Virus record (IMG/VR): IMGVR_UViG_3300036766_000359
Coordinates: 128,973 to 192,972 of that record
DNA from: a virus
Strand: one strand, 5' to 3'
DNA length: 64,000 nucleotides
Part shown: positions 37,072 through 47,223 of the stretch, in pieces
How the letters are laid out: each line of letters opens with the position of its first letter
How positions within the stretch are numbered: position 1 is the first letter of the stretch
Notes under the pieces: generated by a model
The model's input: the letters and a program-made list of their open reading frames with translations, nothing else
The model's database searches: none
What the model was told of the DNA's origin: nothing
Program-made: the position numbers and the translations under genes

Positions 37072-37614
37072 ATGGATCATTATCGCATAGCAATGAACAT
37101 TGTTGCTGAAAGAAATAAAGGACTTTTTAAATCATATAAAAAGAAGTACCCTCACGTTCCCGATTATATCATTCGTGAAGTTTACAGTGGAGCTGATCGA
37201 GACAAAACGCATTCATCTCTAGACGAAATTATGGATGATATCGGTTCTCGGACATGGAAGAAAAAGCAAGTAGACTTACATATTTCTAACTTATCTAAAG
37301 TCACTAAACAGAATTTCTTACGCCGTAGATTTGGACTAGAGAATCCAGACCAAGTTCCGAATGACGTGGAGCGTATGGCAAGACAAATCGAGTCCGTAGG
37401 TCTGGATAACGAACCAGTAATATTCTTTGACACACCAGGAGGGTTGGAACTGCTCGAGGGGTTCCACCGTTCAATGGCTCGGATCGTTTCCGGTGCTGGA
37501 GATGTTGAACAAGCTCTGAAAGAACTCGCTCAAGCTAAGTCCGATGGCGATATTGAAGAAATCGCCATGGGATGGAAACCAGTTTCAACGAAAGCTTGGG
37601 TTGGGATCACCTGA
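37072..37614 (+). CDS. ParB/sulfiredoxin-like domain protein
   Basis: MARQIESVGLDNEPVI...LLEGFHRSMA (GxHR motif). Confidence 0.6.
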   Translation: MDHYRIAMNIVAERNKGLFKSYKKKYPHVPDYIIREVYSGADRDKTHSSLDEIMDDIGSRTWKKKQVDLHISNLSKVTKQNFLRRRFGLENPDQVPNDVERMARQIESVGLDNEPVIFFDTPGGLELLEGFHRSMARIVSGAGDVEQALKELAQAKSDGDIEEIAMGWKPVSTKAWVGIT

Positions 37615-37713
37615 TTATGGGAGAATATTAATACCAGCTGTCGTAAATTCGGGTTTCCGGTTGATACATCTTAAACCAGACTTTAGTTTTGCGAACTGTG
37701 CGGTCATAACCAA

Positions 37714-38046
37714 ATGGGTTCAAATCGACATTTAGCCACGGATCCTAACACCCCTCCTAAAATCCTTGCAAAGTTATCTGGTGACACGGATGTGGTTACT
37801 CGTTGGAATGTGGCCTCGAATACCAACACATCTCTCGAAATTTTGATCAAGTTAGCTAGTGATACGGATGAATGGGTTCGTCAGAATGTAGCCCGGAACC
37901 AAAATACTCCTCTCGAAACTTTGACCCGGTTGTCTGATTCGGATGTATGGGTTCGTCGGAGTGTATCTCTAAACCCCAGCACTTCTCCCGAAACCCTGAG
38001 TCAACTTGACGCACTTGAAGCCGCGTATTTGGTGACGAATAGTTAG
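37714..38046 (+). CDS. LRV/HEAT-like repeat protein with tag (AYLVTNS)
   Basis: 24-aa repeats. Confidence 0.75.
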   Translation: MGSNRHLATDPNTPPKILAKLSGDTDVVTRWNVASNTNTSLEILIKLASDTDEWVRQNVARNQNTPLETLTRLSDSDVWVRRSVSLNPSTSPETLSQLDALEAAYLVTNS

Positions 38047-38048
38047 TT

Positions 38049-38579
38049 GTGAACAATCAGATGTCTAAACTAAGTTTTGCACCAAGTTATACTAATCGTG
38101 AAGATTTATCCCGAGATCCTCAAACTTCTCCAGAAATCCTAACACAGTTATCCGATGACATAAATCCGAGTATTCGCTATTTTGTGGCCGTGAATCCCAA
38201 CACACCCCCCGAAACTTTGACCAAGTTATCCATTGATTCGGATTACATTGTTCGTCGGCGTGTGGCCTCGAACCCTAATACTTCTCCCGAAACCTTAAAC
38301 CAATTTGCCGATGACACGAATGCGAATGTTCGTCGGAATGTGGCCTCGAATCCCAACACTCCTTCTGAAATTTTAACCAAGTTATCCAATGATGCGGATT
38401 ATATTGTTCGTCGGAATGTGGCCTCGAATCCCAACACACCCCCCGAAATTTTAACCAAGTTATCCAATGACTCGGATTATATTGTTCGTCGGCGTGTGGC
38501 CTCGAATCCCAACACTCCTTCTGAAACCCTAATTCAACTTGACGCACTTGAAGCCGCATTCATGGTGACTAATAGTTGA
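38049..38579 (+). CDS. LRV/HEAT-like repeat protein with tag (AFMVTNS)
   Basis: about six 24-aa repeats, near-identical 72-bp DNA units. Confidence 0.8.
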   Translation: MNNQMSKLSFAPSYTNREDLSRDPQTSPEILTQLSDDINPSIRYFVAVNPNTPPETLTKLSIDSDYIVRRRVASNPNTSPETLNQFADDTNANVRRNVASNPNTPSEILTKLSNDADYIVRRNVASNPNTPPEILTKLSNDSDYIVRRRVASNPNTPSETLIQLDALEAAFMVTNS

Positions 38580-38714
38580 AGGCCTAAATTCTGGTGTCAG
38601 TGTATACTGACCAGGTAAACTTCCTTGATTGTCCGATAAATATCAGCAGATGATTACTAAACCTTCGGGACAGTTCCTATCCACTGACTGGGGTGCTGAA
38701 AGCCTTGCCATAGC

Positions 38715-39113
38715 ATGACAGTCAAACAAGTAATCTGTGTTCGTAAAGATCTTTCAATGCGAAAAGGGAAACTGGCAGCTCAGGTTGCGCATGCTTCTCA
38801 AGGATTCATACTTGCTTACGGAACATTCGAGTCTAAGGAATCCGGAGCAGTATTATTCGAGACTCATCTTAGGCCCTTAGAGGCAGACTGGTTACGAGGC
38901 ACACTCAAGACTAAAATTGTGGTTTGGGTTAATTCTGAACAAGAGCTTCAGGATCTAATCATTGCAGCTGTCAAACAGGGTATCCGAACTATTCCAATCA
39001 TAGACGCCGGATTAACTGAGTTTCATGGTGTGTCAACACTTACGTGCGCTGCGTTCGGACCTGACTTATCTGAAATTCTTGATCCAATAACCGGAAGTTT
39101 ACCCTTGCTTTGA
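38715..39113 (+). CDS. pth2: peptidyl-tRNA hydrolase, Pth2 type
   Basis: KQVICVRKDLSMRKGKLAAQVAHAS...KIVV...DAGLTEF...TC.AFGP. Confidence 0.9.
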   Translation: MTVKQVICVRKDLSMRKGKLAAQVAHASQGFILAYGTFESKESGAVLFETHLRPLEADWLRGTLKTKIVVWVNSEQELQDLIIAAVKQGIRTIPIIDAGLTEFHGVSTLTCAAFGPDLSEILDPITGSLPLL

Positions 39114-39117
39114 GCCA

Positions 39118-39495
39118 ATGTCGCGAAAAGGTAAAGCCAAGTTAGCTAATGACACGGATCTGACTATTCGTCGGCGTATGGCCGACAGTCCAAGTACATC
39201 TTCCAAAATCCTAACCCAGTTAGCTAGTGACACGGATGAATTGGTTCGTCAGCTTGTGGCCTCGAATTCCAACACACCTTCTGAAACTTTGACCCGGTTG
39301 TCTAATGACACAGATAGAGCTGTTCGTCGGTGTGTAGCCTCGAATCCTAACACTTCTCCTGAAATCTTAACTCAACTTGCTTATGATACAAATAGAAATG
39401 TTCGTCGGCATGTATCTCAGAACCCTAACACACCCCCCGAAACCTTAGTTAAACTTGATGCACTTGAAGCCGCGTTCATGGTAACGAATAGTTAA
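39118..39495 (+). CDS. LRV/HEAT-like repeat protein with tag (AFMVTNS)
   Basis: 24-aa repeats. Confidence 0.75.
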   Translation: MSRKGKAKLANDTDLTIRRRMADSPSTSSKILTQLASDTDELVRQLVASNSNTPSETLTRLSNDTDRAVRRCVASNPNTSPEILTQLAYDTNRNVRRHVSQNPNTPPETLVKLDALEAAFMVTNS

Positions 39496-39529
39496 TTGTA
39501 CATTAGTTTTAACCAGGTTAATACTTTCA

Positions 39530-40084
39530 ATGCAAGAAATTTACATAAGTACAGATGTGGAAGCAGATGGACCGATTCCCGGACCTAACTCAATGTTAAG
39601 CTTCGGTTCCGCCGCTTTCTTGGCAGATGGCACAATGAACGGCACCTTCTCTCGGAATCTGGAGACCCTTGAGGGGGCTCAGGCCGATCCCGATACTGCC
39701 GCTTGGTGGTTGACTCAACCAGAAGCGTGGGCTGCATGCCGGAAGGACCAGGTGGCCCCCGAGTTCGCAATGAAGAGTTATTGTGGATGGCTCAAGGGTC
39801 TACCAGGTAAACCCGTGTTCGTCGGGTATCCAGCCACATACGATTTCATGTTCATCCACTGGTACATGATTAGGTTCTGTGGTGAGAATCCAATGTCGTT
39901 CTCCGGTCTAGATATCAAGACATTCGCCATGTGCTTGCTCAAAAGTGATTTCCGGCAGTCCACTAAGCGGAATATGCCCAAGCGTTGGTTCGGTGATGCA
40001 CCACATAATCACGTTGCATTGGATGATGCGATCGGTCAAGGACAGTTATTCGTCAATATGCTTCAGGAGAGTCGTCGGAAGTAG
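39530..40084 (+). CDS. DEDDh 3'-5' exonuclease (Rv2179c/RNase AS-like)
   Basis: [18 protein letters not shown]...YDF...LDIKT...H.ALDDA. Confidence 0.8.
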   Translation: MQEIYISTDVEADGPIPGPNSMLSFGSAAFLADGTMNGTFSRNLETLEGAQADPDTAAWWLTQPEAWAACRKDQVAPEFAMKSYCGWLKGLPGKPVFVGYPATYDFMFIHWYMIRFCGENPMSFSGLDIKTFAMCLLKSDFRQSTKRNMPKRWFGDAPHNHVALDDAIGQGQLFVNMLQESRRK

Positions 40085-40097
40085 GTGGGTGTATAAG

Positions 40098-40424
40098 ATG
40101 GCACAGATCACAGAAGAAAAGTTGAATGAGGCTAGAACGTTCATCGAACAACGCAAGTTTGATGAATTTATGGCTTGGTTAAAGGTGAACGTCCCGACCG
40201 GTTTAGACTTAGAGAAAGTAGGCCCTACGTTCAAGCGGTGCTTTGACGCTCAAGATCTAGGGAGAGCCCGAAAGCTCTTTGAGGTTGCCGTAAAAGACTA
40301 TGATCCCGAAGTTCAATTCTGGGCTCAACTCACGGTTGCGGCATTTCGATTGAGTTGGGGTTTACTCAAACTACTCGCTGTGATAGGCGGGTGTGCCTAC
40401 TTGTTCAAGGTCGCGTGTGGCTAA
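40098..40424 (+). CDS. hypothetical protein with C-terminal hydrophobic helix
   Basis: ORF track. Confidence 0.55.
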   Translation: MAQITEEKLNEARTFIEQRKFDEFMAWLKVNVPTGLDLEKVGPTFKRCFDAQDLGRARKLFEVAVKDYDPEVQFWAQLTVAAFRLSWGLLKLLAVIGGCAYLFKVACG

Positions 40425-40469
40425 ACGGTGCAACATGCTTCATGGGAGCTGTCGTCAGGGACGTGTCAT

Positions 40470-41039
40470 ATGAGTGTCGATCCGAAAACCCCTGAAGATT
40501 ACTTTGACGCGGGTGTTCGTGCTCGCTATGACATTGCCCATAATCCTCACACATCCCCATCAATTTTGGCTCAATTGTATACTGACGTTAATCCTAATAT
40601 TCGTTTAGCGGTGTCAGTGAACCCGAGTACGCCAATTGATATTTTAGTTAAAATGTCAGTAGGCGAACCCACCATGATTCGTCAGGGTGCAATTGGCGAA
40701 CCCACCATGATTCGTCAGGGTGTAGCCGCAAATCCGAGTGCACCTATCAGTCTCTTGACCGAGTTATCAATCGACAAGGACAATATCGTTCGTCAAAGTG
40801 TAGCATGGAACCCAAATACTCCTGTCGATGTCTTAATCCGATTATCGGACGATGTCGATCAATACGTTCGTCGCGGTGTGGCCAAGAATCCAAATACTCC
40901 TGTCGATGTCTTAATCCGGTTATCTGGTGACGTCAGTCGAGGGGTTCGTCAGGGTTTGGAAAAGAACCCCAATACACCTCCCCAAATCTTGCTTCAGTTA
41001 GAAGCGCTCGAAATCGCCTATCAGGTAACAGAAAGTTAA
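40470..41039 (+). CDS. LRV/HEAT-like repeat protein with tag (AYQVTES)
   Basis: 24-aa repeats; internal GEPTMIRQG duplication. Confidence 0.75.
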   Translation: MSVDPKTPEDYFDAGVRARYDIAHNPHTSPSILAQLYTDVNPNIRLAVSVNPSTPIDILVKMSVGEPTMIRQGAIGEPTMIRQGVAANPSAPISLLTELSIDKDNIVRQSVAWNPNTPVDVLIRLSDDVDQYVRRGVAKNPNTPVDVLIRLSGDVSRGVRQGLEKNPNTPPQILLQLEALEIAYQVTES

Positions 41040-41065
41040 ATCGACTGATAAATCGTTCTGATCAT

Positions 41066-41260
41066 ATGACTACCAAGAAACAACTGACCAAACGACAGCG
41101 CGAGAATGCGCTGAAGGAAATCTTCTATAAACACCGCGACGCAATAAGCGCGGCTGACGCCGCTTTTCTAGCCGCACAAAGAAAGGCGGCGTCAACTCAG
41201 GTTGCTCGCTACATTCGAGCCGATCGCGCATACGATAAAGCACAGAAGAGACTCACATGA
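41066..41260 (+). CDS. small basic coiled protein
   Basis: similar start to next ORF (MTxKKQLTKR). Confidence 0.55.
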   Translation: MTTKKQLTKRQRENALKEIFYKHRDAISAADAAFLAAQRKAASTQVARYIRADRAYDKAQKRLT

Positions 41261-41511
41261 CAATCAAGAAACAACTGACCAAACGGATGACCACCAAACG
41301 AATAACTGAGCGGCAACGCGACGCAGCACAGAAGGTTATCGACAATCAACTAATGGGCGTCATCGGTGAATCCATAAAGAAATGCGATCTGGCAATCAAT
41401 GCGGCTCGTGTTGCGCATGATGTACGCTGCGATCGAGCATTCCGAATCGCCACCAAAGCGCGTGAGTTGCTCGATGCGAAAGAGATTTATGAGACCAAAA
41501 AACGAAGATGA
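41257..41511 (+). CDS. small basic coiled protein, paralog of previous
   Basis: ATGA coupling. Confidence 0.55.
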   Translation: MTIKKQLTKRMTTKRITERQRDAAQKVIDNQLMGVIGESIKKCDLAINAARVAHDVRCDRAFRIATKARELLDAKEIYETKKRR

Positions 41512-41806
41512 ACCCTGTCACCTGCTGCGAAGCCAGGTTGGGAGGCCAGTCGGCCAACTGCTCGCATACTGTGGACTTGATTTAAGCAATTGCCCACGTG
41601 GACACTGGACCACCACCACTATCGAGTGTGTCGATTGTCCAGCATGCGTCAAGGTGATCGATGAGACCCTAAAGAGTTTGCGTTAATTGCTTCGCATCGG
41701 ATACTTGACAATATCAGTCCGTAAATGTCCGGTCTCAAAGTGTAAATTTAGGTTCTAAACTCTCAACTAACCAGTTTCTAAACTCTCAACTAACCAGGAT
41801 AACCAG

Positions 41807-42187
41807 ATGACTTCTACTCGTAAATCCGTTAATAAGTCGGCATTCGTCCGTCTTCACTCCAAGACAACTCCCTCAGAAATCGTTGCTTTGGGAAAAACCG
41901 CTGGGATCTCGTTCGACGAGAAGTACGTTCATAACGTCCGTTGGAAGGACAAGAAGGATATTAGTGAAGGGAAGGTTCCCGGCGTCCGTACTCGGAGGTC
42001 CAGCCCGACTAAGAGTGTCAACGGTCGGGCGGTCGGATTTCGTCGTCCTCGGACCGTGGTAGGAACCCCGTTTAATCTCAGTCTGGCAGAACAGTTTGTT
42101 CAACTGGCCATGGACATCGGGCTGGCTTCAGCCGAAGCTTTGATCGCCAAGGTGCGGTCGGCAGCTAACAGTTTGACCGTCGACTGA
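41807..42187 (+). CDS. putative small DNA-binding protein
   Basis: NKSAFVR...EIV..GK.AGI....YVHNVR, basic linker, C-terminal helix pair. Confidence 0.55.
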   Translation: MTSTRKSVNKSAFVRLHSKTTPSEIVALGKTAGISFDEKYVHNVRWKDKKDISEGKVPGVRTRRSSPTKSVNGRAVGFRRPRTVVGTPFNLSLAEQFVQLAMDIGLASAEALIAKVRSAANSLTVD

Positions 42188-42261
42188 TATGTGTTGATTG
42201 ACTTCGATCAGACGGAGGTGCAAGATGGGGATGAAGCCGCCATTACACGCGCAGTTTCCAG

Positions 42262-42537
42262 ATGGTAAGTACGCGGCTGGGACTGCCGCCCCACTCGAAA
42301 CCAGAAGAAAACATGCGAAATTTCAGTTTGTCCGAAATCATAGGATTGTTAAAAACGGATCCAATTGACCTATCAATTGAGACAAATCGTCGAAGACTTC
42401 GTCATTATTTGGAAAGGCTTGTACAATATGAAAAGTTTGCACAAGCATGCAATGACGCTCGCGCTCATTTACCACACGACCCAAGTTGGGTCCTGAAGGG
42501 TGTGTATGAAAGGAAGGAAGTTATCTCACGTTCCTGA
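42262..42537 (+). CDS. hypothetical protein
   Basis: ORF track. Confidence 0.4.
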   Translation: MVSTRLGLPPHSKPEENMRNFSLSEIIGLLKTDPIDLSIETNRRRLRHYLERLVQYEKFAQACNDARAHLPHDPSWVLKGVYERKEVISRS

Positions 42538-42642
42538 GATAACACCATGGTGTAATTCCATGGGACGCAAGCGTCTTTACGTGAGCGTTAATGTCGGACC
42601 GGACACGTTCATACACACCCTTCATGACCTACACAATATAAT

Positions 42643-42891
42643 ATGAATAACCTCAGGAAACCTGCACTAGAATGGACGCGAGAGAATGAATTCGTGTCAA
42701 TTGCTTCATGTGCAGGAGAAATATTACGCGTTTTTCAAGACGGCAACCAAGAAAGTGAATTCTTCGGTATGTGGTGCGCTTACCAATTTAGTTATTATGA
42801 CACTGAAGAAAAAGCTCAACTTGCGTATGAACGTAAAATGCAAAAACACGCAAAGGCAATTTTACGTGATTTAAAAGGGTCTAATGAGTAA
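42643..42891 (+). CDS. hypothetical protein
   Basis: ORF track. Confidence 0.55.
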   Translation: MNNLRKPALEWTRENEFVSIASCAGEILRVFQDGNQESEFFGMWCAYQFSYYDTEEKAQLAYERKMQKHAKAILRDLKGSNE

Positions 42892-43186
42892 TGGCACCCC
42901 GATGAAGAAAAGCACCCCGATGAAGAAAAAGTCCAGTCAAAAGTCAAACTCCGGTTCAGGCAAAAAGGTGCAGATCTATTTTGACTCCCGCGCTCTTGAG
43001 ATTATCAACCGCTTGCAGGAATCATCGGGCTCAGCAAGCATGGCAAATACGCTGCGAGATGCGCTGGCCCATTATGACTGGGCTCTCGAACAAATAGAGA
43101 ATGGGCGATGCGTTGGTTCGTTTGCGCCTGATGGGTCCAGTATCAAAGAATTGGCCATCCTTAGATTAGCTCGGAAATCAACATGA
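42884..43186 (+). CDS. ribbon-helix-helix (CopG-like) DNA-binding protein
   Basis: KVQIYF strand, helix LEIINRLQE, then SMANTLRDAL. Confidence 0.55.
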   Translation: MSNGTPMKKSTPMKKKSSQKSNSGSGKKVQIYFDSRALEIINRLQESSGSASMANTLRDALAHYDWALEQIENGRCVGSFAPDGSSIKELAILRLARKST

Positions 43187-43217
43187 CCCGATACGCTACT
43201 CTGACTAGAGTTAAAAA

Positions 43218-43553
43218 ATGACCACAGCGCTTGCATTCAAGATTCAGGCTGAGCCCGGTTGGCGTGGCGTATACTTGATCTACGGGGATTTAGCGGAAGG
43301 CCAGTCAGAGTTTCGCCACGTTAAAATCGTCGTCGATAAAATCTGGTACCGGGGGTTGTTCAAGTCAAGCCGGAAAGTCTCTCCCCTGGATGGTCTGTCA
43401 GGACTGTTTGGTGGTGGTGGGCCTGAGTTCGAGCCCTTGGATAGCGATGGGAATCGCTTCACTGATCTACGCCGGATTGTGTCTCCCGCTGATACTATCT
43501 CGAATGATGAATTGATAGCCGAAATGACGGCGACGTTGCAGAAGAAAACATAG
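43218..43553 (+). CDS. hypothetical protein
   Basis: ORF track. Confidence 0.55.
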   Translation: MTTALAFKIQAEPGWRGVYLIYGDLAEGQSEFRHVKIVVDKIWYRGLFKSSRKVSPLDGLSGLFGGGGPEFEPLDSDGNRFTDLRRIVSPADTISNDELIAEMTATLQKKT

Positions 43554-43604
43554 GATAGAAAACTATGAACACACCAACCGAACAATCTGAAAATAGTTAT
43601 CAAA

Positions 43605-43937
43605 GTGCCCTCCCATTCGATTGGTCCGAAACGCTTACGGATGATGGATTGCATGTCGAAATTACGCCATATTAGGATCACAGCAGAAGATTTTATCGAC
43701 AAGCATTCCTCAGAGTATCCAAAGCTGAGTGATTTTCGCAATGTGGTTCTCATAGGCTGCGAAATCAATCCCAACAATGACCCGCCCGGGATCTGTGTTT
43801 TTCAAGTCCCCGATCCAACACGTGGTGGTGCAGATGCAGTTGTTGTTGTTCACGAGGGTGGTGTGTGGATTCGTGGTCTAGATGACCTCATTAACAAAAG
43901 AGTGGCTGAGGCTGTGAGCGCCTTTACTAAGGGTTGA
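43605..43937 (+). CDS. hypothetical protein
   Basis: ORF track; start uncertain. Confidence 0.5.
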   Translation: MPSHSIGPKRLRMMDCMSKLRHIRITAEDFIDKHSSEYPKLSDFRNVVLIGCEINPNNDPPGICVFQVPDPTRGGADAVVVVHEGGVWIRGLDDLINKRVAEAVSAFTKG

Positions 43938-43957
43938 TTTCTACTGTAGGTTTTAGC

Positions 43958-44938
43958 ATGCTACCACTTGAAAAACTCAAAGCCGTCAAGATCATTATTA
44001 GCCATGCGAACTGTGCTGATGGCACTGCAGCAGCGATGTTCCTTCACGATGTTCTTCCGGATGCGAAAATTCAGTTTTTGCAATATGGGACTGAAGCATA
44101 TCAAAATTTGCAGGCAGAACCGTGTATGTTATTCTGCGACATTTCACCACATCCAGACACATACCATCAGTTTGTTAACGCGGGCGCTCTCATCCTAGAC
44201 CACCACAAGGGCTCCCAGGGTATCGTAGAGGCCTTCGGAGAACTCGGAGTGTTCGGGGACGAGGTGAAAGACCCTGGAGTATGTGGAGCCTTCTTGGCCT
44301 ACCGGGAAGCCTGGTTTAAGCTCAAGAGTACGGATGGTTTACCCGGTCCGTCAGGCGTGGAGGCTGGGATTGGTGGTAAGATAGCCCGTCTGGCTGGAAT
44401 CCGGGATACCTGGCAACGACAGGACTCCATGTGGGATGAAGCATGTGTTTTGGCGGAAGCCATGCGCTTTTACCCAGCCGAGTCATGGTTGATTGATGAT
44501 CCTTTCGCACCGAAGAACCAAACTTGGTGGGAAGAAAGAATGACCGTTGGTCGCGTGTTGATTAAACGTAACGATGCGGCTGTCAAAAAAGCAGTTGAAG
44601 GCGGATATCGTTTCACAACTCCTCGAGGAACTCGTTGCGTAATATTTTCAGGAATCAGGTTATCGAGTGATGCCGCCGAGTTCTTGGGTAGTGATGCTGA
44701 CCTGGTTGTCGGGTTTGATTATGTAGGAATTGAACAGGGTCAAGCCGTTCTCGTTTTTTCAACTCGTTCCCATATAGATTTCAACTGCATGGAATTTTGT
44801 AAGGCTCATGGGGGAGGTGGTCATACAAAAGCTGCTGGTTTTTCAGTTCGATTTGACCCGAAAACGCATGATCTAAGTCCATATGCGGTATTCGAGATTT
44901 TACTCGGAAAATACGAGTCAGGGACGGCGGGATGTTAA
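43958..44938 (+). CDS. DHH/DHHA1 phosphoesterase (NrnB-like)
   Basis: SH.NC.DG..AA, F.D, ILDHH, C-terminal GGGGH..AAGF. Confidence 0.85.
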   Translation: MLPLEKLKAVKIIISHANCADGTAAAMFLHDVLPDAKIQFLQYGTEAYQNLQAEPCMLFCDISPHPDTYHQFVNAGALILDHHKGSQGIVEAFGELGVFGDEVKDPGVCGAFLAYREAWFKLKSTDGLPGPSGVEAGIGGKIARLAGIRDTWQRQDSMWDEACVLAEAMRFYPAESWLIDDPFAPKNQTWWEERMTVGRVLIKRNDAAVKKAVEGGYRFTTPRGTRCVIFSGIRLSSDAAEFLGSDADLVVGFDYVGIEQGQAVLVFSTRSHIDFNCMEFCKAHGGGGHTKAAGFSVRFDPKTHDLSPYAVFEILLGKYESGTAGC

Positions 44939-44986
44939 ACTTGCACTCAGTCTATTCAGTCTCATCAACCAAAACAGTGAATCAAA

Positions 44987-45350
44987 TATGACGACGATCA
45001 AAACTCAGTACCTTCATATCCGTGGGCGTCACCCGCGAGTAGTAACACTTGTTCATACGCTAGAATCAGCAGAAGACGGTTCTAAGTATGCTCGAGTTGG
45101 TTACGCAATCTGCAACTGCGAACACGATCAGTTTGTTAAAAAGCTCGGACGGACGATTGCTTTGGGTCGTTTGCAGAACGCAAAGACCATGCTGATGGTT
45201 AATTACAAACCAGATCAGACATGGAAGCAACGCATGGAAACATTGTTGGGTGAGCTTAGTTGCCTGCGTCATGGACCGGAAGAAGACTTGTCAACGCAGC
45301 CATCCCGTTTGGCAAGAACTGTTTCTCAGTATGTTGTTTCAGTTGACTAA
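44987..45350 (+). CDS. hypothetical phage protein
   Basis: VGYAIC...DQF.KKLGR.IA.GR pattern. Confidence 0.55.
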
Positions 45351-45370
45351 AGTCATCCTGTGAGGTTTAT

Positions 45371-45946
45371 GTGGTAGTTCAATTGGCCGATTCTGACTCC
45401 GTAGTGAGTGATCGTTTTGTTACTGGAGAGGAAGCACGCATTTTGCTTCAACGTCCCGGCGTTGTTTTCACGTGTCTTGGTTATACATATAGAACTCGAG
45501 ACGATGGACTTTTGGACTGTTGGGGTCTCGACTCTACGAGTATGATGGATTGGTTGATTGCTGACCATAACATGGAAGTTCTGTTAAAACACGTGTTACA
45601 TATACTAAAAGAACCAAAGGTTTTCATTGGTCCGGCAAAAATATACGGAGACTCTGAACGAGAAGATTTGTATACACGCGCAAGGATTGTATTCGATTCA
45701 TCAATTCAAATGAAAATGATTCAGTGCGAGTGTGCTGAACTTATTGCCGCTATTAGTCGATTAGATATAGATCATGACACAGGTCAATATGTAGTTCATA
45801 ATGTGATCAATAAGGTTGCTGGTGTTCAAATAATGATTGAACAGGCACGACGACTTCTTGGTTCAAAACTTGTTGACCGTGAAGTTCACACTAAACTTTC
45901 GCAATTAGAACATTCAATTGAAAAGATTGAAAAGACCGGAGGATAA
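45371..45946 (+). CDS. hypothetical protein
   Basis: ORF track. Confidence 0.6.
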   Translation: MVVQLADSDSVVSDRFVTGEEARILLQRPGVVFTCLGYTYRTRDDGLLDCWGLDSTSMMDWLIADHNMEVLLKHVLHILKEPKVFIGPAKIYGDSEREDLYTRARIVFDSSIQMKMIQCECAELIAAISRLDIDHDTGQYVVHNVINKVAGVQIMIEQARRLLGSKLVDREVHTKLSQLEHSIEKIEKTGG

Positions 45947-45950
45947 AGTC

Positions 45951-46487
45951 ATGGGCGTCACCACTTATCTGCAAACATATTTTGCGATTGAATGTTCTCG
46001 TAGTGCGTTTTTCATCTCTACGGGAACAAATAAGACTGTTTGTCCACTATATGGCATTGAACACGAAGTTAGAAACAATGCTAAATTTTGTGATCAATGT
46101 GGATCCAAAACACTATTGGAAACCACAGAAGAACCAACTGAAGCATTCAAAAATTTTTGCGTTAAATTTAGGTATATTTCACCGGAAAAAGTTTTCATTC
46201 CCCTAATGGAAGGAGATCTTGTATGGTCTTCCTCAACTGGTTCATACAAAATTGGTTGGTATAAACTCCAAGCCGGGACGCATTGTGATACGAAAATCGA
46301 GGATTCCATAATGGGACTTGGAATTCAGTTAAGTAACATATGTTGTGAAAGCGACGTTGCTTCTCGAGTATTGGCCTATTCATCTGAAGACTTCGTGAAA
46401 CTTACAAAACTATTGCAAGAAATTGCTACAGTTTTCGGGTTTATTACACCTCCGAAACTTTATACTCAAGTGTATATTAGTTATTAA
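45951..46487 (+). CDS. hypothetical protein with Zn ribbon
   Basis: CP...H...KFCDQCG. Confidence 0.6.
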   Translation: MGVTTYLQTYFAIECSRSAFFISTGTNKTVCPLYGIEHEVRNNAKFCDQCGSKTLLETTEEPTEAFKNFCVKFRYISPEKVFIPLMEGDLVWSSSTGSYKIGWYKLQAGTHCDTKIEDSIMGLGIQLSNICCESDVASRVLAYSSEDFVKLTKLLQEIATVFGFITPPKLYTQVYISY

Positions 46488-46500
46488 TGATTGGGACCAA

Positions 46501-46821
46501 ATGGCTAAGCAGACGATCAAAGTTATGTGCCCCTCTTGTGGCGGAACAGGTGTTTACTGCGGCTTCGCAGAACCTAAGGGTGTAGGCGTAGTGTGCGTGA
46601 AATGTGACGGCACAGGCTGTGCCGATCTTAGCTACGAGCCGTTCACAAAACGTCAGCACAAGATGACCGAGTCGACAAAAGGCGATGCTGGTGCTGGCTG
46701 GGAATCGCTCGACGACGTGATTGCTAGAAATGCTCAGGCGCGCGATCTGGAGAAGAGGGGCCGACGTCTAGCCAGCGCGCGAAACGATTCTGATCTGTCC
46801 AACCGCGCAGTTCTTGGCTGA
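46501..46821 (+). CDS. protein with DnaJ-type CxxCxGxG repeats
   Basis: CPSCGGTG, CVKCDGTG. Confidence 0.6.
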   Translation: MAKQTIKVMCPSCGGTGVYCGFAEPKGVGVVCVKCDGTGCADLSYEPFTKRQHKMTESTKGDAGAGWESLDDVIARNAQARDLEKRGRRLASARNDSDLSNRAVLG

Positions 46822-46842
46822 ACCCGTTGAGGACGTAGTGCC

Positions 46843-47223
46843 ATGAAGTCAACTAAAAGCCTTGCCAACGCTGAGTCGGAAACGCCCGTTCATCCCCCGG
46901 CAATCAATATATGCGCCAACTGCGGTGATATTAAATCAGAACACGATTTTTTCACTAGTATTGAGGGTATATGTATGGGCGGTAATACAACGTTCCTGAG
47001 TTTAGCTGAACATGAGAAAACCATGACCACCTTCCGCCTTCCACACGACCATCGAGTCCCCGATGCAAGCGCACTGGCAGACGCCGCTGAAGCGCTGGGA
47101 AATGTGCGCTCAGAGGACGGCGCACCTATCGTGATGACATGGGCAGAAGTGCTTGAAGCAATCCGCGAACTTCGCGCTGATTACAATCACCTCGTAGAAG
47201 AATTAGCCGGGGAATCAATATGA
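46843..47223 (+). CDS. hypothetical protein
   Basis: ORF track. Confidence 0.5.
   Translation: MKSTKSLANAESETPVHPPAINICANCGDIKSEHDFFTSIEGICMGGNTTFLSLAEHEKTMTTFRLPHDHRVPDASALADAAEALGNVRSEDGAPIVMTWAEVLEAIRELRADYNHLVEELAGESI

Noticed and set aside
41754-41798. 22-bp direct repeat TTCTAAACTCTCAACTAACCAG x2
   Set aside because: Simple local duplication with no supporting context.
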